This document shows, piece after piece, positions 58,655 to 64,000 of a stretch of 64,000 bases of DNA. The notes under the pieces are model-generated. The model saw only the letters and a list, made by a program, of their open reading frames with translations, had not been told where the DNA came from and searched no databases. Source of the stretch: an uncultured Actinomycetes bacterium (GTDB lineage: Bacteria > Actinomycetota > UBA4738 > HRBIN12); contig CAVPIB010000001.1 in NCBI GenBank assembly GCA_963704885.1, positions 192,001 to 256,000 on the forward strand. Reading direction: 5' to 3'. The first letter of the stretch is position 1. Each line of letters starts with the position of its first letter. Made by a program: the position numbers and the translations under genes.

Positions 58655-58834
58655 TCAGGCCCCCTCGCGGCCCTCTCGATGATGCGCGTCGTCTACCATG
58701 GCCGCGCCCGGCACGGGCTCGGCCCTCCCGAAGGCCCGGTCACGGACGACTAGCACCCAACCGCTCACGCCGACCGCGAGCGCGGCGGCGATGAGCATGC
58801 CGAGGGCGAGCAGGAACGTCGTCTGTCGGTCCAT
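58655..58834 (-). CDS. 59-aa single-TM protein heading the his operon
   Basis: MDRQTTFLLALGMLIAAALAVGVSGWVLVV...; its stop abuts the hisD ATG. Confidence 0.55.
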   Translation of the reverse strand: MDRQTTFLLALGMLIAAALAVGVSGWVLVVRDRAFGRAEPVPGAAMVDDAHHREGREGA

Positions 58835-58898
58835 GAGCCTCGTCAGGGTACACGAGGGTTCCGGTGGCGCGACCTGCGGCGTTGTCCGGCAAGGCATC

Positions 58899-58927
58899 TT
58901 CAAGGCCGACGCCCGGCGTGCCGACAA
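58899..58927 (+). promoter_or_regulatory. Candidate sigma28 (WhiG/FliA) promoter for the pilin
   Basis: TTCAAG-N15-GCCGACAA. Confidence 0.6.
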
Positions 58928-58979
58928 CGTTCGAAGGGGACGGATCAACCGTCTCCGAACATGTAGAGAAGAAGAGGTG

Positions 58980-59456
58980 ATGCCTGGGATGTCCGCACCC
59001 CTCGCGCAGCGGCGCGGGGAACAAGAAGCGGGGTTCACGCTCGTCGAGCTCATGGTGGTGATCCTCATCATCGGCATCTTGATCGCCATCGCACTGCCCA
59101 CCTACATCGGCGCCCGAACCCGCGCGCAGAACCGTGCCGCACAGACCGAGCTTCGCTCCGCTTACGTGGCTGCCTCCACGTATTACGCGGCCAACGAGAC
59201 CTACACCGGCTTCGACGTGGCAGCCGCGCTACAGGCGGAAGGTGCCGTGAGCTGGGTGGCCGGCGGTGCCGCACCGGTGGTCGGTCAGGTCGCCATCGAG
59301 GTCGCGTCGGGCAACACCGTGCTGCTGATCGATCTGGCCAGGAGCGGGACCTACTGGTGTATCGCCCAAGTCCCGGGTAGTCCTCTCAACACGAAGGGCG
59401 GCGACGCCGCGTGGGCGAACATCAACACGACGGCGTCATGTAACCAGGGCTGGTGA
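58980..59456 (+). CDS. Type IV pilin (class III signal peptide)
   Basis: EAG|FTLVELMVVILIIGILIAIALP; C-terminal Cys pair. Confidence 0.9.
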   Translation: MPGMSAPLAQRRGEQEAGFTLVELMVVILIIGILIAIALPTYIGARTRAQNRAAQTELRSAYVAASTYYAANETYTGFDVAAALQAEGAVSWVAGGAAPVVGQVAIEVASGNTVLLIDLARSGTYWCIAQVPGSPLNTKGGDAAWANINTTASCNQGW

Positions 59457-59465
59457 CGATCCGCT

Positions 59466-61061
59466 TCAACTGGTGGCGTTCCGCTTGGCCTCGGTGCGAC
59501 GCTCCGCCGCCAGGCGCTCCAGGTCGACGTCTTCGCCGCTCACGTAGGTGAACGATCGCCCGAGAGCAGGGTGGACCCCCTCGATCAACCGATGCATCTC
59601 CTGCGCCACCCGGCGATACGTCGGGTGGCCCTGCGGTTGAGAGCGCAGCTCCGTCAGGTGCATGGCCTCTCGGGCGTTCATCTGCATGGTGAAACGGATC
59701 CGGTAGGCCATGGCTACGGCGTACTGCGCCGCCTCCTCCAGGCCCTCGTCCCGGATCCGGCTTTCCATGGCAGCGCTCGCCTCCATGACGGTGTCCCACT
59801 CTGCGCGGAGCCCGGCCTGGTCGATCGCCGAGGGCGTGTCGTAGCCGAGCTCGGTGCGCAGCGGCTGCCATTCGACGGTGAGCGGCCGGTGACGCTGCAG
59901 GTCGCGGAACGCTCCGTAGTCGCAGCACACGTCGAACCGGTAGTCGGTGCGCTCCCACGCCCGGCCGGGCTTGTGCCGACGGTTCGTCCGCTCGCCGACG
60001 CTCGCGGCCAGGACCTCGGCCCGCTGGTCCGGGCCCAGTTCGCGCGCGATGTCGAGCAGCTGGTCGTCGGGGAGAGCGCTCGCGGCGTACAGCGCAGCGG
60101 CCACGACCTTCACCTCACCGTCCGGATCCCAATCGGTGAGCGTGACCTCCGGGCGAGGCGCGGGTTCCACCCCCGCGAGGGTCTTCCCGGCGACGTCATC
60201 CAGTCGCTCCCGCGTCTGGCGCCAGTACGCGCTCCACGCCACACCGCGATCGTCCACGTCGACCCTCTTCAGGAAGGCAGGGATCACCTTGCGAAGCTCG
60301 GTAAGCATCAGCCCGCCGTAGGAACGCATCTCTTCGAGAGGATGCGCGGCCAGCCTCATCAGCAGCTGTTCATAGGATTGTCCGGTCGCGTAGATGCCCA
60401 GGTTCGAGCGTGTAGCGGCCGGGAGGAGGAGCCGCAGCGTGTCACAGGTCTTCGCGGTGATCGTCGATCGATACACGAACTCCGAGTCGCTCGTTTCCCG
60501 CGGGAAGCGCGCCTCGAACCATGCGACCAACGGATCGAACATCCGGCCATACGTGTTGAACACAGTGTCCAAGTAGGTCTGGAACTCGGGCTCTAGCTCG
60601 CTGCCGGCGATCTCGGGAGGGACCGTCGCCCGCCACCTGTCACCGGGCCTGTCGTCGTAGCGCATGTAGCGAGTGGACTGCTCCAGGTAAGCGGCCATCC
60701 GCCCCCACTCGAGCGCCTTGCACAGGAGCTGCGACGACTGCTCACAAGCCAGGTGCACGCCGCCCAGCTGAGCCACAGAGTCGTCGCCGTACTCCACGAA
60801 CACGCGGTCATAGAGCTTCTCCGCGCGCCCCTCCCCGGCGCGGGTGAGTTCCCCAGCGGCGCCCACGTCCTCGGCGAACTCGTCGAGGAAGAGTCGCCGG
60901 AGCGACTTTGTGGTCCGGGAGTACCGGGCGAAGAGGGCACCCTTCACCACCTCTGGCAGGTTGGTGAGCACGAACACCGGTCCGTGCAGGTTGGTGAAGT
61001 GCCGCTGAAGGACCTCGGCCTCCGCGGCCGTGAAGGTCTCGGTCGCGTACGGGAGCGTCAA
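59466..61061 (-). CDS. thyX: FAD-dependent thymidylate synthase, tandem Thy1 domains
   Basis: GALFARYSR, YGDDSVAQL, YLEQSTRY, RDLQRHR, ELRSQPQGH; TTG start overlaps the pknB stop. Confidence 0.88.
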   Translation of the reverse strand: MTLPYATETFTAAEAEVLQRHFTNLHGPVFVLTNLPEVVKGALFARYSRTTKSLRRLFLDEFAEDVGAAGELTRAGEGRAEKLYDRVFVEYGDDSVAQLGGVHLACEQSSQLLCKALEWGRMAAYLEQSTRYMRYDDRPGDRWRATVPPEIAGSELEPEFQTYLDTVFNTYGRMFDPLVAWFEARFPRETSDSEFVYRSTITAKTCDTLRLLLPAATRSNLGIYATGQSYEQLLMRLAAHPLEEMRSYGGLMLTELRKVIPAFLKRVDVDDRGVAWSAYWRQTRERLDDVAGKTLAGVEPAPRPEVTLTDWDPDGEVKVVAAALYAASALPDDQLLDIARELGPDQRAEVLAASVGERTNRRHKPGRAWERTDYRFDVCCDYGAFRDLQRHRPLTVEWQPLRTELGYDTPSAIDQAGLRAEWDTVMEASAAMESRIRDEGLEEAAQYAVAMAYRIRFTMQMNAREAMHLTELRSQPQGHPTYRRVAQEMHRLIEGVHPALGRSFTYVSGEDVDLERLAAERRTEAKRNATS

Positions 61062-62734
61062 GGCGACGGGCTCTCCGGGGTCGGCGAGACCGCCTCGCCG
61101 ATGAACAGCGTGACCGTGGAGCCGACCTCGACCTGGGTGCCGGCCACGGGACTCATGGCAGCCACGCGGTTCGGGTTCGGACATTGGGGGAGCGCTGGAG
61201 CCGTTCCCGAGACCACCAAGAGCCCGAGGTTCTGGAGTTCCGCTTTCGCCGCGCCGTACGAACGACACGTCACGTCCGGAAGCGTCACCACCGCGGGCGC
61301 GGTGGACACCACCACCTGCACATCGCTGCCCTTAGGCACCTCCGTACCGGCCGCCGGGTCCTGGCTGATGATGGTCCCAACGGGAACGGTGGTACTCAAT
61401 TGTTCGGTCGGCACCAGGTTCACGCCGACCTGGAGAGCCAGCGACTGGGCCTCGGCCAGCGTCAGACCTGTGAACACGGGGACGGGCACCAGAGGCGGCT
61501 GTTTCGCGACCCAGATCGTGACCGTGGATCCGACTTCCACCTGGGTCTGCGCGAGTGGATCCTGCTCGACGACGCTGCCGACCTTTGCAGTGTCGGAGAC
61601 TCGGGTCTTGACGTCGACCTCCAGGCCGACGTCCTCGAGCTCGCTCGTGGCACGCTCCAGGCTGAATCCGATCAACCTGGGGACGCCTACGGTCTGCGGT
61701 GTTTCGTCGTTGTCTCCCAGCAGGGAGTTCGCAAGCACATAGCCCCCGCCGGCGAGGACCGCCACGGCGAGGATCCCTATCAGGACCCCTAGCCAGACTC
61801 GTTTGCCGCTGCCTGGGGGCGGGTCCTGCGGCGGGAGAACCGCGGTCTGCGGGCGGTTGATCACCTGGGTGGCCTCGGCTCCGACCGGGAGCAGAGGAGT
61901 CGCCAGCACCTGCTGCCCCTGCCGCGCTCTCTCCAGATCGGCGCGGAACTCGTCCGCGGTCTGGTATCGGTTCGCTGGGTTCTTCGCCAGCGAGCGCATC
62001 ACCACGGCGTCGAGCGCCGGTGGCACATCGGCGTTCACCCGCGATGGCGGGATCGGGTTCTCGTTCACCTGCTTGTAGGCGATCGCCACGGAGGAGTCGC
62101 CGGTGAACGGAGGGCGTCCGGTAAGCGTCTCGTAGAGCACCGCGCCGAGCGAGTAGATGTCGCTCCGACCGTCCACGGGCTGGCCCTGGGCTTGCTCGGG
62201 TGAGATGTAGGCGGCCGTGCCCAGAACGGCGGAGGTCTGTGGGGCAGTCTCGGGTCCCGCCACGATCCGCGCGATGCCGAAGTCCATGACCTTCACCACA
62301 CCCTTGCGGGTGACCATGATGTTGGCCGGCTTGATGTCTCGGTGGATCACGCCCCCTACGTGCGCGTAGGCGAGCGCCTCGCAGATCTTCTCGGTCACCT
62401 CGGCGGTGTTGACCGGGCTGAAGTGGCCTCCGGCGCTCAGGAAGTCGGCGAGCGTTCGTCCCTCGATGAACTCCATCACTATGAACTGAGTCTCGCCGTC
62501 GGAGCCCGAGTCGTAGATGCCGACGATGTTGGGGTGGTTCAGCCGGGCGGCCGCCTGCGCCTCGCGACGGAAACGCTCGACGAAGTTGGAATCCCGGGCG
62601 AACTGTGGGAGCAGGATCTTGATCGCGACCGTGCGATCGAGCACCGTGTCGACGCCGCGGTAGACCTCGGCCATGCCGCCTGATCCGATGCGCGCCTCGA
62701 CGCGGTAGCGCCCACCTAACACCGACTCGCTCAA
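61058..62734 (-). CDS. pknB: PASTA-domain Ser/Thr kinase
   Basis: IGSGGMAEVY, HRDIKPAN, DFGIAR, TM, three PASTA-like repeats; TTG start with RBS GGAGGGAG. Confidence 0.93.
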   Translation of the reverse strand: MSESVLGGRYRVEARIGSGGMAEVYRGVDTVLDRTVAIKILLPQFARDSNFVERFRREAQAAARLNHPNIVGIYDSGSDGETQFIVMEFIEGRTLADFLSAGGHFSPVNTAEVTEKICEALAYAHVGGVIHRDIKPANIMVTRKGVVKVMDFGIARIVAGPETAPQTSAVLGTAAYISPEQAQGQPVDGRSDIYSLGAVLYETLTGRPPFTGDSSVAIAYKQVNENPIPPSRVNADVPPALDAVVMRSLAKNPANRYQTADEFRADLERARQGQQVLATPLLPVGAEATQVINRPQTAVLPPQDPPPGSGKRVWLGVLIGILAVAVLAGGGYVLANSLLGDNDETPQTVGVPRLIGFSLERATSELEDVGLEVDVKTRVSDTAKVGSVVEQDPLAQTQVEVGSTVTIWVAKQPPLVPVPVFTGLTLAEAQSLALQVGVNLVPTEQLSTTVPVGTIISQDPAAGTEVPKGSDVQVVVSTAPAVVTLPDVTCRSYGAAKAELQNLGLLVVSGTAPALPQCPNPNRVAAMSPVAGTQVEVGSTVTLFIGEAVSPTPESPSP

Positions 62735-62747
62735 CCTTGCTCCCTCC

Positions 62748-64000
62748 TCATCCCAGGAACGCCTCCATGACCTGCCTGGCGATCGGGGCGGCGATCGCGC
62801 CCCCCGTCGCCTCGTTCCCGAGGTTGCCGCCGTCCAAGACGATAACCGCCACCGCGATGGTGGGGACCTGGCCCTCACCGGCCGGTGCGAACGAGATGAA
62901 CCATGCATGGGGCGCCGAATCGGGTCCGCCGTGCTGAGCCGTTCCGGTCTTGCCGGCGACCGTGTACCCGGATATCTGGGCGGCCTGGCCGGTCCCGGCC
63001 GCCACCACGTTCACCATCATGATCCGCAAGGCATCCGCGGTCTGCTCCGATATCGGGCGGCCGTACTCCGACGGATCGAAGCGGCGGATCACTCGCCCCT
63101 GCGGATCCCGGATCTCCGTGACCAGACGTGGGCTCATCATGATCCCGCCGTTGGCGACGGCGGAGGCCACCAGCGCCATCTGCATCGGGTTGGCCAGGAC
63201 GTTGTCCTGTCCGATCGCCGAGATGGCCACGAGGGGGTCATTCTGGTCGAAGTACGACTCCACCGGGAAGCGTCCGCTCTCGAACGGGATGTCGAACGGG
63301 ATCGTCGGCTCGATGCACTCTGTTAGGAGCGGCGGATCCGTCTGGCAGAATCCGAACGCGTGCGCCTGATCCGAGAGCTTCTGAGCCCCGATCGTCAGTC
63401 CGATCTCGCCGAAGATCACGTTGCACGAGTTCGTGAACGCCGTAAGCAGCGTGGTCTTCGATCCCCCCGGGCACTGGCTGCCGCCGAAGTTCTGGATGGT
63501 GCCCTCCGTCAGCGGAAGGTCCAGCTCGTGAGGGTTCGGCCACGTGCTATCCAGCCCGTAGCCATCCTCGAGCGCGGCCGCGGCCGTGACGATCTTGAAC
63601 GTGGACCCGGGTGGATACAGCTCGTCGTTCGCACGAGAGACCAGCGGGCGGCTGGGATCGGCGTTCAACCGCTCCCACGACGCCCTCACCTCCGCGCCGT
63701 CTTGTGAGGACAGCTCGTTCGGATCGAAGGTTGGATTGGAGACGAGAGCCAGGACGTCACCGGTCGTGGGGTCGATCGCCACCACAGCGCCGGGGAGCGA
63801 GCCCAGGGCATCGGAGGCCACGCGCTGCAGTGCCGCGTCGATCGTGGTCACGACCGTGCCGCCCTTCTTCGGGCGGCCCAGGACCAGGTCGGCGAACGTC
63901 GAGACGGTCAGCTCGGCCGCGTTGCCCGACAGGTAGGGGTTCATGGACTGTTCCAGCTCGCTCCGTCCGTAGATGCGCGAGTAGTAACCGGTCAGGTCGG
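62748..64000 (-). CDS. pbpA: Class B penicillin-binding protein PbpA (5' part outside the window)
   Basis: STFK (SxxK), SCN (SxN), KTG; immediately upstream of pknB. Confidence 0.9.
   Translation of the reverse strand, partial: DLTGYYSRIYGRSELEQSMNPYLSGNAAELTVSTFADLVLGRPKKGGTVVTTIDAALQRVASDALGSLPGAVVAIDPTTGDVLALVSNPTFDPNELSSQDGAEVRASWERLNADPSRPLVSRANDELYPPGSTFKIVTAAAALEDGYGLDSTWPNPHELDLPLTEGTIQNFGGSQCPGGSKTTLLTAFTNSCNVIFGEIGLTIGAQKLSDQAHAFGFCQTDPPLLTECIEPTIPFDIPFESGRFPVESYFDQNDPLVAISAIGQDNVLANPMQMALVASAVANGGIMMSPRLVTEIRDPQGRVIRRFDPSEYGRPISEQTADALRIMMVNVVAAGTGQAAQISGYTVAGKTGTAQHGGPDSAPHAWFISFAPAGEGQVPTIAVAVIVLDGGNLGNEATGGAIAAPIARQVMEAFLG

Overview
High-GC actinobacterial (probably deep-branching Actinomycetota) chromosomal replication-origin region. 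The left part is the conserved core: parB(partial)-parA-rsmG-jag-yidC-yidD-rnpA-rpmH / dnaA-oriC-dnaN-recF-dciA-gyrB-gyrA-DUF3566-tRNA-Ile, with a perfect parS. The normally close tRNA-Ile and tRNA-Ala genes are separated by about 11 kb of accessory genes. These include a GNAT/NSAR pair, an egghead-like GT2, an all-cytoplasmic RR/HK/EAL cassette and a Mau-like operon: repeat protein, MauD-like, Tat-exported 10-Cys MauA-like protein, and a MauF-MauE fusion interrupted by an in-frame UGA at a Cys position with hairpins behind it (candidate selenoprotein). The right part has peptidases, a CoxL-like enzyme, crgA with a DnaA-box cluster, an acylase, an ABC pair, fadD, proline dehydrogenase, aceA with a candidate attenuator leader, the his operon, a type IV pilin, thyX, pknB and pbpA(partial). 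Most notable: (1) the UGA-recoded Mau-like system; (2) five matching sigma28/WhiG-type promoters linking the GT2, the EAL cassette, the M23 peptidase, a coiled-coil sensor and the pilin; (3) the aceA leader; (4) ParA with a long acidic tail ending in a MinD-like membrane helix; (5) repeated CTGA start/stop overlaps. All calls come from reading the sequence; no database search was run.
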